From an uncultured delta proteobacterium (GTDB lineage Bacteria > Desulfobacterota > BSN033 > UBA1163), in contig CAWHBU010000002.1 of assembly GCA_963827685.1 (NCBI GenBank), forward strand, positions 1,088,001 to 1,152,000: a stretch of 64,000 nt of DNA. Reading direction: 5' to 3'. Positions 29,269-38,462 of this stretch are shown in pieces. Made by a program: the position numbers and the translations under genes. Below the pieces are notes generated by a model. It did not search any database and had not been told where the DNA came from. It saw only the letters and a list, made by a program, of their open reading frames with translations. Numbering within the stretch: position 1 is the stretch's first letter; every line of letters begins with the position of its first letter.

Positions 29269-29418
29269 ATGGAAGTTGTTCGTACAAGAACGTTGAAAGA
29301 AATCAAAAGCTGGAGAGACCCAATATCGGTGAAACTCCTAAAAGTCATCCGTGGAGGGCAAGATCATTGGGAAAGGTTTTTCCCCGCCTCTGAATTCATT
29401 TTTGAGCCAATCTTTTAG
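29269..29418 (+). CDS. Putative 49-aa small protein
   Basis: MEVVRTRTLKEIKSWRDP...FEPIF*; AAGGA immediately upstream and TTGTAT-16-TATAAT at 29220-29247. Confidence 0.35.
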   Translation: MEVVRTRTLKEIKSWRDPISVKLLKVIRGGQDHWERFFPASEFIFEPIF

Positions 29419-29529
29419 AAAGAAGATTGAGAGCAGGAGATCAATTTGCTTTTAAAATATTTTATGCTGTAATATAATAGACAAGCCAAGACCAAGGAGT
29501 CTGGCGATCACCAGAAAGGGGGAAGGACT

Positions 29530-29862
29530 ATGGCCTTTATTCGCAAACGACGGATTTGGTGGGAACCTGTTCCCGAAGCAACAAGCTATGTGGTGTATGT
29601 AAGCCAGGACCGCACAGACTTTGATCCCAATCACTTCTCGTGGGAGTCGACTCCTGGAATCATCTCAAAACCCGTTAATGGGGGGACCGAGTTAATCATT
29701 CCCGATGACTGGCCGGAGTTTCCCGCGGAACCGGGAACTTACTATATCGGGATTACCTCCAGAGATGAGGTGGGGAATCAAAGCGACCCTTTTTTATCCT
29801 TTGGCCAGTTCAAATTCCTTGCTTCGCCGGCCCCATCGAAGGGCGGGATCGAGAGCCTTTAG
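29530..29862 (+). CDS. Hypothetical protein, fibronectin-III-like
   Basis: WEPVPEATSYVVY...YYIGITSRDEVGNQS pattern; RBS GAAGGA. Confidence 0.7.
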   Translation: MAFIRKRRIWWEPVPEATSYVVYVSQDRTDFDPNHFSWESTPGIISKPVNGGTELIIPDDWPEFPAEPGTYYIGITSRDEVGNQSDPFLSFGQFKFLASPAPSKGGIESL

Positions 29863-30587
29863 AGGAACGGGCGTTACTGGTCGGATGGATTCATTACACA
29901 AAGAGCACTCTGGACTCCATCAAAACGCTTACAGAACTCTCTCAGGATAGATTTAGCGATCAGGAACTTGGTAGATTTCTTTACCGGATGATTGCCCAGG
30001 ATATCCACAAGACTGATCTGTTGGTGAACGGCCTTCTCAATTATTTCCAGGTCACCTCCCCGATCAAAAAAACGAATACCGTGAACCTTCTCATCGAGGA
30101 GGTGTTGAAGAAGCATCAGGTCCAACTGGAAGAAAAGGGAGTGAAGTTAATCAAAAAACTTGAAAAGGATCTTCCCGAAATCATCGTTCCCGATAAACAG
30201 TTGAGATTTATTCTGAATTCGATTCTTCAATATGCGGTGACCTCGATGCCTTCCCATGAGACGCTTGGATTTTTGACCCAATCCTTTGTTCTTCAAGAAC
30301 CCCATCCGAAACAAACCTTGCTCAGAAAAAGTGAGCCCTATGTGAAAACTACCCTATTTTTTACAGGTCTTGAGAAGCCAGTGGAACCCTTTGGGAGAGG
30401 AACGGGAATCGAAGGGATGCCAAAAGAGGATAGCCTGGACCTCATATTAAAATTGGTTAAGGATTTGGTTCATAGAAATCGAGGCGTGATGACATTACAG
30501 GGAGATGAAAAGGAGGCAAGGCAATCTATTTCCTTGGAATTCCCTGTCGAGAGAAGAACGGTGTTACATGATCCAAACAACAACTGA
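29859..30587 (+). CDS. Degenerate histidine-kinase-like protein (HisKA plus ATPase-like), start uncertain
   Basis: The frame is open upstream of ATG 29988 with H-box-like WIHYTKSTLDSIKTLTEL; QLRFILNSILQYA and DSLDLIL are degenerate N and G boxes. Confidence 0.6.
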   Translation, partial: LEERALLVGWIHYTKSTLDSIKTLTELSQDRFSDQELGRFLYRMIAQDIHKTDLLVNGLLNYFQVTSPIKKTNTVNLLIEEVLKKHQVQLEEKGVKLIKKLEKDLPEIIVPDKQLRFILNSILQYAVTSMPSHETLGFLTQSFVLQEPHPKQTLLRKSEPYVKTTLFFTGLEKPVEPFGRGTGIEGMPKEDSLDLILKLVKDLVHRNRGVMTLQGDEKEARQSISLEFPVERRTVLHDPNNN

Positions 30588-30643
30588 GTTTATCCTGAGG
30601 GAGATCCTATCTTTTTCGCCGGGAAGTTGAGAAGGGGAAATTC

Positions 30644-31273
30644 ATGGCTGAGTCGACAATCCTTGAAATGTTTTCCGATTATGTTTGACCCTGGTGTTAT
30701 TTCAGTACCGTGCGTATTGGGCAACTCAAGAAGCATTTTGATATCGACGTTCGCTGGACTGCTTTTCCTCTTCATCCGGAAACACCGGAACAGGGGCTTA
30801 CCCTTGAAGAGCTCTTCGCCGGGCAGCCCATTGATATTCAGAAAATCATTTCCCGTTTGAGACAGGTGGCTGACGGATTAGGCTTGCCTCTCGGAGATCG
30901 GAAAAAGACTTATAACAGCCGCCTGGCTCAGGAATTGGCGAAATGGGCAGAATCGAAGGGGAAGGGCGATCCCTTTCATGAAGCTGTCTTTCGCACTTAT
31001 TTTGTCAATGGGAAAAATATCGGCAGGGTGGATGAACTGGTGACTCTCGCGAAATCCATAGGTCTTCCGGAAGGGGAAGCCAGGTCAGTCCTGGAATCGA
31101 GAATCTTTAAGGAAGCCGTCGACTCCGACTGGTCGCGTTCTCGTGCCCTGGGAATTACGGCGGTCCCCACTTTCGTAGTCGACTATCGGTCTGTGGTGGG
31201 ATTTCAATCCTATGAGGTTCTCGAGCAATTCCTGAAAACCTGCGGTGTCAAGCAAGGCAAGGGCCCTGATTGA
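30644..31273 (+). CDS. DsbA/FrnE-like oxidoreductase, selenoprotein (UxxC)
   Basis: ATG 30644 with RBS reads MAESTILEMFSDYV-TGA(30686-30688)-PWCY in frame into the FPLHPETP...GITAVPTF thioredoxin fold; SECIS-like hairpin downstream. Confidence 0.9.
30701..30721 (+). promoter_or_regulatory. Candidate bacterial SECIS element
   Basis: CAGTAC-CGTGC-GTATTG stem-loop; loop about 20 nt after UGA with G at loop position 2. Confidence 0.6.
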
Positions 31274-31356
31274 TCATCCCAATTTAACTGAATCCTTCCA
31301 GGCAATGAAATAGCATATCGTCAGAAATATCAGAGACACGAACTTGGCAATCACTC

Positions 31357-32073
31357 ATGGGGAATAAGACGTTACGAGATCAGTCCACCATCGATCGAAA
31401 GGCCGGCTATTCAATATGGTTCGTATTCGTTGTGGCGATTTTCATTACCTGCTTGATCACGGCTAACATCGTAGCGGTAAAATTAGTTGAAGTATTCGGG
31501 TTCGTGTTACCTGCTGGGACGATCATTTTCCCTATTAGTTATATTTTTGGCGATGTGCTGACTGAGGTTTACGGCTACCGTCAGGCAAGAAAGGTGATAT
31601 GGTTGGGTTTCTCCTGCAACGTTATCGTGGTCGTTGCCATATGGATTGGACAGATGCTTCCTCCCGCTTCGTTTTGGGACGGACAGAAAGCCTATGAGTG
31701 TATCCTGGGTTACACTCCTCGGTTACTCGTAGCTTCCTTCCTTGCGTACCTTGTAGGAGAATTTGCTAACTCATTTGTTTTGGCGAAAATGAAAATGGCG
31801 ACAAAAGGACGCTGGTTGTGGACCCGTACCATTGGCTCAACGCTGGTAGGACAGGCATTGGATTCCTTAGTGTTTATGACCCTTGCCTTTGTGGGGACGA
31901 TACCTGGGGTGGCCCTTCTATTGGCTATTTTAACCCAGTGGCTTGTGAAATCAGCCTATGAGGCGGTGGTCACCCCCCTCACTTACGTCGTGGTGAGTTT
32001 CCTCAAAAGGAAAGAGGGGTTGGACGTATTTGATTATGGCACGAAGTTTAACCCACTCCTGTTCGGGGAGTAA
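31357..32073 (+). CDS. Queuosine precursor transporter (YhhQ/Vut_1)
   Basis: ANIVAVK, FPISYIFGDVLTEVYG, RTIGSTLVGQALDS; adjacent to queC. Confidence 0.92.
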   Translation: MGNKTLRDQSTIDRKAGYSIWFVFVVAIFITCLITANIVAVKLVEVFGFVLPAGTIIFPISYIFGDVLTEVYGYRQARKVIWLGFSCNVIVVVAIWIGQMLPPASFWDGQKAYECILGYTPRLLVASFLAYLVGEFANSFVLAKMKMATKGRWLWTRTIGSTLVGQALDSLVFMTLAFVGTIPGVALLLAILTQWLVKSAYEAVVTPLTYVVVSFLKRKEGLDVFDYGTKFNPLLFGE

Positions 32074-32134
32074 TCCTTCAAGCAAGACGAACCCAAACAA
32101 ATAAAATGACTCAGAACAATATCGTTGTCCAAAG

Positions 32135-32836
32135 ATGAGCAGCAGGAAAACGAAGAAGAAGGCTGTTGTTCTATTGAGCGGGGGCGTTGATTCCACGACC
32201 GCCATGGCCATTGCGTTACAGGAGGGTTATGAGATTTACAGCTTGAGCTTTCGGTATGGGCAGCGCCATGTTGTCGAGCTGGAATCAGCCCGAAGGATTG
32301 CTGAAGTCATGGGTGCAAAGAAGCATATGGTGATGGATGTGGACCTTGGAAAGATAGGAGGCTCGGCACTCACCGATCATATCGATGTGCCGAAAGGACG
32401 GGATGCAGCGGAAATCCGGCAAGAAATTCCAACGACTTATGTTCCGGCACGTAATACCATTTTTCTTTCCTATGCCCTGGCGTGGGCCGAGGTGCTCGGA
32501 GCTTCAGATATTTTTATTGGTGTGAATGCGATGGATTACTCGGGTTATCCTGATTGTCGCCCCGAATATATCAAGTCGTTTGAAGACATGGCTAACCTTG
32601 CTATCAAAGCGGCAGTGGAAGACAAAATGAAAATCCATATCAGAACGCCTCTTATCAGCATGACCAAGGCTGAGATTATTCGCAAAGGTGTTGAACTCGG
32701 GGTGGATTATCGCCTCACCCATAGCTGCTATGATCCGTCACCGGAAGGGAAGGCCTGTGGGCAATGCGATGCCTGTCTCCTTAGAAAGAAAGGTTTCAGG
32801 GAAGCCGGAATGTCTGATCCTGCGGCATATTCTTAG
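32135..32836 (+). CDS. queC: 7-cyano-7-deazaguanine synthase
   Basis: SGGVDS, YGQRH, YVPARN, YPDCR, SCY...CGQCDAC motifs. Confidence 0.96.
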   Translation: MSSRKTKKKAVVLLSGGVDSTTAMAIALQEGYEIYSLSFRYGQRHVVELESARRIAEVMGAKKHMVMDVDLGKIGGSALTDHIDVPKGRDAAEIRQEIPTTYVPARNTIFLSYALAWAEVLGASDIFIGVNAMDYSGYPDCRPEYIKSFEDMANLAIKAAVEDKMKIHIRTPLISMTKAEIIRKGVELGVDYRLTHSCYDPSPEGKACGQCDACLLRKKGFREAGMSDPAAYS

Positions 32837-32946
32837 TGAAGCTCCCCGCCCACAGGGCGGGGCTTCCCGGCAAGGTAATTTCATTTTATATTGTGCCCCT
32901 TGACCCCGCCTACGAGGCGGGGCTTGCGGGGCACGTTGCGGCCAAA
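32837..32946 (+). repeat. Hairpin MITE-like element, copy 2
   Basis: CCCCGCCCACAGGGCGGGG and CCCCGCCTACGAGGCGGGG hairpins. Confidence 0.75.
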
Positions 32947-33006
32947 TTTTAAGTGCTATGGACGGATTGAAGATAAGCACCTTGATGAGGGAGGACAAAA
33001 TTCAGT

Positions 33007-33477
33007 TCATACATTCCATTGAATGCCGTCTCTCGAATCCGGCCTTTCTTCTATGTTGACCAACCTGATGTTCTCCATACAGTCAGCCATACGGAAAATG
33101 ACAAGAACCATTTCCAGGATGACCCTATTGAAAATCACCGTCAAAAGGAATAATAGGGGAGCCCCGATCAGGAGCGCAAAAATTCCGAACCAGGCTGAAA
33201 CTTCAAACCCTATGATGATAAGAAGGAGGGCCATCAGGCCGGCAAATATCATCGATAAGCTATAGAGAAACTTCATCATTCTCGGACTCACAAATTGACG
33301 AAATGAAAAATCAAAAAGAGTCAGCAGAAAGCTAACTTTCTTAAGGACGGACACATTCTTCAACCCTCTCGCGCGTGAAAGTTTTTCCTCCAACTGGATG
33401 TCGTTCTGCGATTCTGCACAATTGACGCAGAACTTTGCATCGTTCTCATTGGACGCCCCACAGTTCGTGCAAAACAT
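33007..33477 (-). CDS. Zinc-ribbon plus DUF4282-like membrane protein
   Basis: MFCTNCG...FCVNC; LFDFSFRQFVSPRMMKFLY; RVILE. Confidence 0.85.
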   Translation of the reverse strand: MFCTNCGASNENDAKFCVNCAESQNDIQLEEKLSRARGLKNVSVLKKVSFLLTLFDFSFRQFVSPRMMKFLYSLSMIFAGLMALLLIIIGFEVSAWFGIFALLIGAPLLFLLTVIFNRVILEMVLVIFRMADCMENIRLVNIEERPDSRDGIQWNV

Positions 33478-33505
33478 ATCCGGTCCCCTCTAACATTTTA
33501 GAAGC

Positions 33506-34714
33506 TTAACTTACGGGTTTGATATCTATGATCTTCCAGTGGCCGTCTTCTCTCTTCAGGGTAACGTCCAGAACGGTTCTGCCGTTCTGCAGCCGCCCGC
33601 TCATTTTCTGAGAAGTTCTGACAAGCCACTCTAACCTGACATGGGCGGCATCACCGGAAATCGTCTGACTCTTCAAATCATAAGAAAGATCAAGGTAATT
33701 GTAATTTTCCCACATCTTGAGTGTATCCAGCCGCTTTGCTTCCGTGCCGTTAAAATTGCAAGAGAAACAGGACATGAAGAGATCGATGTTCTTCAGAAGG
33801 TTTGCCTGTCTAATATCTTCAAAGAGGGCCCCTATCTTTTCCGCATCGTTGCCTTCCATAGCGGCAGGTGGCTCGTTTGAAGAGGATGGGGTGGTAGGGA
33901 CTACAACGACTTCTTTTGAAACCAGTGTGCCGGACTCAGTGTGCTGTGGCCAAAGAATGTAGCCTCCTGCAACCATCAGAAGGATGATGACGCCCAGTGT
34001 CAGCAAGGGTAAGGGCCGAAGGAGATCCCCTACGAATCCAGGAGAGACGGCGCGTCCTCCCATTTTAGTAGGCAAGAGGGAGAGGATTTGCCGATATTTT
34101 TTCAAACTTTTCTCTCTCGATTTTATTTCCTTCCTCAATCCCTTCTTCTCTCTGACAAAATCGGGCTTTGTGACCGCCCCTAACTTATGAAGGGATTGAA
34201 ATTCTTCAAGCCTTTTTTGAATGGGTTTCAACTCATTTTCCAGAAAATCCATTTCTTCCGATGCCCTTTTCTTAATTGATTCAAGCTCCGCTTCAATCTC
34301 TTGATGCAGGGGCGACAGGGACTCCAACCGCTCCTTATAACGAACAAATAGAGGATCGAGGACATCATCGGATATTTTTTCCCGCTGTGCTTCCAGTTTG
34401 CTCATACAGGATTGTAATTCTTTCTCTTGTTTCAATAGTCTCAGCCACTCTCTTGAGCATTTCTTAACCGGTTTCTTTTCTAATGGGCGGGCATTCGCTT
34501 CTCGAGATGGAGTTCCCTGTATCAATAGAGAACCACATTTCCTGCAATAGTTTCCTTTCTTATAAAGGATTTGGCATTTGGGACAATAGAGCTTCACGTT
34601 TGTTCTCTCCTCTTCGGGAGGGGTATCTTCTATGGCCAAAAGGAAGCTTCCGCATTTCCCGCAAAATTCTTCCGCATCACCATGTTGGATGCTACATTGG
34701 GGGCAAATGACCAT
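33506..34714 (-). CDS. Double zinc-ribbon/coiled-coil/TM/NTF2-like protein
   Basis: Four CxxC pairs, long coiled coil, single TM, C-terminal ...LKREDGHWKI. Confidence 0.75.
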   Translation of the reverse strand: MVICPQCSIQHGDAEEFCGKCGSFLLAIEDTPPEEERTNVKLYCPKCQILYKKGNYCRKCGSLLIQGTPSREANARPLEKKPVKKCSREWLRLLKQEKELQSCMSKLEAQREKISDDVLDPLFVRYKERLESLSPLHQEIEAELESIKKRASEEMDFLENELKPIQKRLEEFQSLHKLGAVTKPDFVREKKGLRKEIKSREKSLKKYRQILSLLPTKMGGRAVSPGFVGDLLRPLPLLTLGVIILLMVAGGYILWPQHTESGTLVSKEVVVVPTTPSSSNEPPAAMEGNDAEKIGALFEDIRQANLLKNIDLFMSCFSCNFNGTEAKRLDTLKMWENYNYLDLSYDLKSQTISGDAAHVRLEWLVRTSQKMSGRLQNGRTVLDVTLKREDGHWKIIDIKPVS

Positions 34715-34763
34715 TTTCTGCTCCTGATTTCCCCTTTTGGTTAAGGATTAAGTAGCATTGAAA

Positions 34764-34779
34764 TGCATTTTATGTGCCA
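34764..34779 (-). promoter_or_regulatory. sigma54 (-24/-12) promoter
   Basis: Minus strand TGGCAC-ATAAA-ATGCA; palindrome TGGACAA-AAA-TTGTCCA at 34861-34877 is a candidate activator site. Confidence 0.6.
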
Positions 34780-34939
34780 TGAGATGGATAAATTTTTGCC
34801 TTCAGATTTCGAGGACTTTCCTTGTCATTGAAAAAACTAATTGAACAAAATTTCAGGGTATGGACAAAAATTGTCCATACCATTCTCATTCCCCCTTCCC
34901 AAGTCCCTGGAATTCGCGTAGAATTTAAGCTAAGGCTGC

Positions 34940-36109
34940 ATGAGTATGGAATACCGGTTTACCATTCGATCCATTGAAAGAATCTTCAAACAAAAATTCT
35001 CTTCTGCCACCAGCATCCGGTTGTTATGGAGGAGGAGAGATTCTTTCCAAACCCTCTTTGACGCTGTCAATAGCGCAGAGAAATTCATCTGCCTTCAATT
35101 TTATATATTCAAGAATGACGAGACCGGGATTGCCCTATCCGAACTGCTAAAACAGAAGAGCCACGAAGGCGTGAAGGTCTATATTTTGTACGACCACTTT
35201 GGATCCTTCGGAACTCCAAGAAGCTTTTGGAAAGACATGAGCCTGGCGGGCATTAAGATCAGGGCCTCCCATCCCTTTAAATGGACAGCACCCTTTTATT
35301 ACGTCCATCGAGACCACAGAAAGCTCATTGTGATCGATTCAAGAAAGGCCTTTACCGGTGGGCTCAACGTCGCCAATGAATACAGCGGCTTTCACCTCAG
35401 AAAGCGAAGCAGAGGTTGGCGAGATACAGGTATTCTGGTGGAAGGTCCGATCGTCAATGAGCTTTTCGATACGTTCAAAAAAAGCTGGACTACCTGGGGT
35501 GGAGAAAAGATTTTTTTTCGGGGGACCAATGAAAAGGCGCAGAACAAAGTGCCGAAAGACTCCGTTCCTGCACTCCCCATTTTCGTTTATTCCGGGAAGG
35601 GTAGAAAAAGAATGAGGAACCTTCTTCGCTACAGCATTGACCAGGCCCAAGCCAGTATTCTCCTGACTACCGCTTATTTCATCCCGAGCCGTAGGCTGAT
35701 CGAAAAGCTCGAAACAGCGGTGCGGCGAGGGGTGAAGGTGGAGCTCCTCGTGCCAGGCAAAAGCGATGTTCCTGCTGCCTCCTACGCAGGAAGGGCCTTC
35801 TTCTCAAGACTCTTAAAGAGTGGGATTGAAATCTACACTTACCTGGGAGAGATGCTTCATGCAAAGACCTATCTCTTTGACCAATGCTGGAGCATCATTG
35901 GGTCCACTAACCTCGATTACCAATCTCTTATGTATAACGATGAAGGGAATATTGGAATCTTGGATTCATCTTTTGCTTCAAAGATGACTGAGATCTTTGA
36001 AGAGGACCTAAGAAACTCTGCCCAAATAGATGAAGAGACTTGGCGCAAAAGGCCTTTCTTGGAAAAAATCAAAGAACACTTTTTCGCCCTTTTCCGAACA
36101 AGGCTTTAA
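34940..36109 (+). CDS. cls: Cardiolipin synthase / phospholipase D family
   Basis: Two HKD motifs: HRKLIVID and HAKTYLFD...GSTNLD. Confidence 0.92.
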   Translation: MSMEYRFTIRSIERIFKQKFSSATSIRLLWRRRDSFQTLFDAVNSAEKFICLQFYIFKNDETGIALSELLKQKSHEGVKVYILYDHFGSFGTPRSFWKDMSLAGIKIRASHPFKWTAPFYYVHRDHRKLIVIDSRKAFTGGLNVANEYSGFHLRKRSRGWRDTGILVEGPIVNELFDTFKKSWTTWGGEKIFFRGTNEKAQNKVPKDSVPALPIFVYSGKGRKRMRNLLRYSIDQAQASILLTTAYFIPSRRLIEKLETAVRRGVKVELLVPGKSDVPAASYAGRAFFSRLLKSGIEIYTYLGEMLHAKTYLFDQCWSIIGSTNLDYQSLMYNDEGNIGILDSSFASKMTEIFEEDLRNSAQIDEETWRKRPFLEKIKEHFFALFRTRL

Positions 36110-36507
36110 AATTCCTGGTTCCAGTTCATCAACCATCCGATTATCCATGAGTCGCTAAGTCATGAGGTCATTAAGAAGTAGCGGGGTCATCTCTCGCTGC
36201 CGACAGGGTTCATTGAGCCTTCGCAATAGGGGATGCTAATATTTGTCGAAGAGAAGGAGAGGAAAATCGAACCCCAGCCGATGCCCAGCCTATCAAAAAG
36301 TTGAGTAGCGGTGCAGGGATTTGGCCGGCCTGTGGGCTGAAACGGACACAATATGAATGAAGCTTCCTCTCCGAAAGCTCGGCTAAGACCTTCATCTCGG
36401 CCACTGCGAGTCTTCATCAATGGGTCTGATAAACTGTAAAGTTATTTCTTTCAACTCCTACTGTTCAAACTGAGATAAGTCTGAACGATTGCCTCAGCCA
36501 GCTGAGG

Positions 36508-36556
36508 GAAGCTCCCCGCCCACAGGGCGGGGCTTGCGGGGCACGTCCCGGTCAAA
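36508..36556 (+). repeat. Hairpin MITE-like element, collapsed copy 3
   Basis: The left hairpin of copy 2 is joined directly to the right end. Confidence 0.7.
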
Positions 36557-36559
36557 GTT

Positions 36560-37669
36560 CTAAACCGCCCAACCGTGGGAAGCAACAAAGCTAATAATGG
36601 TGAAAATGAGGCCCACAACGCCCGCTGTCAAGATGCCCAGGGTCGACCGGTATCGTTCCGAACCATATTCTCTTAGACTGAGGAAAGTCATGACAAGCAG
36701 TACACACCCCATCCCGATGATGGCCCAGACCGGGCCCGGATCTGCCGGCTCAAGGCTTGGGAGTCTAACCCTTAATGCAGGCACCAACGTTAGCACGAAC
36801 CATGAGGTTACCACCAACCCGATACCCCAGAATGAACAGATCACCCCAAGGAGCAAACGCCTGTCAGTGTGCCTCCGCGTCCGTAACCAAGCCCGGATGA
36901 AAGGGGCAACCGCCAGCAGTGCAACCGTCGGGCCGAGGATCGAAAAAAATGTCCTGAAATTGCCCACACCGGGCAGGAAAAAATGGATGAGGATAAGAAT
37001 CCCAAGTACAGCGGCAAGCCAGCTTCTCCGAAGCAACCGACGAAATCGAGGGTTAAGCGAAAATTTCATCGAGAGCACAATGGCCCCGGCAAAAATTCCG
37101 ATCGCAACCCCTGCAAAGATGTCGCTTGGGAAATGGAACCCATTGGCAACGCGAACTGCGCCCACCGTTAGAACACCAGCGAATGCAACTGGCCTCATGG
37201 CTGGGAAGGCAGAGGCGATTGGAACGAAAAACGCCGTCAATGAGGCAACGTCACCGCTCGGAAAGGACATTTTATTGCTTCCATCAGGCCGGGGACGTCC
37301 GATCACAAGTTTTATTGGGGTGACAACAAGACTTGCAAGAAGGATGGCGATGCATGCGGAAACCGCGACTTGCTTCCGCCGATGAATCGCCAGAAGGAAT
37401 CCGAGCAGAAAAAGGATCTCTCCCTTCCCGAAAACCCTTACTCCCTTCAACGCCTCCCACCAGAGAGGTGTAGCCACATGACCGACTTTGGAGATGCAGA
37501 GCATATCGCTCAGTATCTCATCGAAAGGCCATATCATGACTCCCGCAACGGCACTGGCAACGGCGAGGCCAAAGAGTCCGTAGCGAATAGGATGACGTGT
37601 CAAGGAGACATCGCCACCAGACTTAGCCTTTGTTACGTCGCCGGCGTTGTGGGTCATATAGGGTGCCAC
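36560..37669 (-). CDS. PAP2-family membrane phosphatase-like protein
   Basis: KLVIGRPRP, SFPSGD, RVANGFHFPSD motifs; extra C-terminal TMs. Confidence 0.85.
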   Translation of the reverse strand: MAPYMTHNAGDVTKAKSGGDVSLTRHPIRYGLFGLAVASAVAGVMIWPFDEILSDMLCISKVGHVATPLWWEALKGVRVFGKGEILFLLGFLLAIHRRKQVAVSACIAILLASLVVTPIKLVIGRPRPDGSNKMSFPSGDVASLTAFFVPIASAFPAMRPVAFAGVLTVGAVRVANGFHFPSDIFAGVAIGIFAGAIVLSMKFSLNPRFRRLLRRSWLAAVLGILILIHFFLPGVGNFRTFFSILGPTVALLAVAPFIRAWLRTRRHTDRRLLLGVICSFWGIGLVVTSWFVLTLVPALRVRLPSLEPADPGPVWAIIGMGCVLLVMTFLSLREYGSERYRSTLGILTAGVVGLIFTIISFVASHGWAV

Positions 37670-37886
37670 TGATTTAACCTATTAAAATAAAAAAGTTACT
37701 TTTGTCAATCAAATGGGTGCATTGTTCTAAGACATCAAGGATACTCAGTTAGCCTATCGATTACAGCTTGAATCTACACGATTTGGTCAAAATGTTGTTG
37801 ATAGTGATTACAAAAGGAAAGATGCAGGCAGGAGATTTAGAAGCCCCCCAAAAGGGAGTTTTGAAGTTTAAGCTGGAATCAGCCCC

Positions 37887-38363
37887 CTATTCTTTCTCTT
37901 CGCCTCTTTTGTAGTATTCGGATATTTTTGGAACCAGGCTTTGGGCTCTGAAGCTCAATTCATTCCTCCCTTCCCTTTCCAAATATCCGGCAATCGATTC
38001 GAGGAAGACTTGAACAGTAGCGGGCGGACAATGGAGTTTTATAGGCGGGATTTCTCCCAATTCGCTTTCAATGAGGTCCATCAGTCGTTGGACGACTTCG
38101 TCATCCGTTCCCAAAAAGAGTTTAGAAATTTCTTTACCTTTTATTTTTTCAGTTAACACCGAGGCGGAGGCAATGGTCACGGCACAGCCAAAAGATAAGA
38201 ATTTGGCGTCTTCAACAACTCCTTCTTTTATTCGCAGGTAGAGTTTTGTTGTATCTCCACAGACAGGATTATCGATCGCCCCCATCCCATCTGGGTTCTC
38301 AATTTCTCCGACGTTTTGTGGGTTACGAAAATGCTCTTTTATTTTCTCAGATAGTTCTAACAT
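37887..38363 (-). CDS. Fe-S scaffold protein (IscU/NifU-N family)
   Basis: HFRNPQNVG, NPVCGD, FGCA, KLHC motifs. Confidence 0.92.
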   Translation of the reverse strand: MLELSEKIKEHFRNPQNVGEIENPDGMGAIDNPVCGDTTKLYLRIKEGVVEDAKFLSFGCAVTIASASVLTEKIKGKEISKLFLGTDDEVVQRLMDLIESELGEIPPIKLHCPPATVQVFLESIAGYLEREGRNELSFRAQSLVPKISEYYKRGEEKE

Positions 38364-38462
38364 GTCAAGCTCACGGTTTTTTGTTTTCTGTTTTAGAAAA
38401 CCAAAACAAAAACTTCAAGGTTTAATATTCAGGTGGTCTGCAGACCATCTCTCTTTCTTGAT

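Noticed and set aside
31274-31356. preQ1 riboswitch upstream of the queuosine transporter
   Set aside because: No recognisable preQ1 stem/pseudoknot with A-rich tail; an Rfam scan would settle it.
36110-36505. Short minus-strand ORFs between cls and PAP2
   Set aside because: Possibly a degraded gene, but no family could be recognised.
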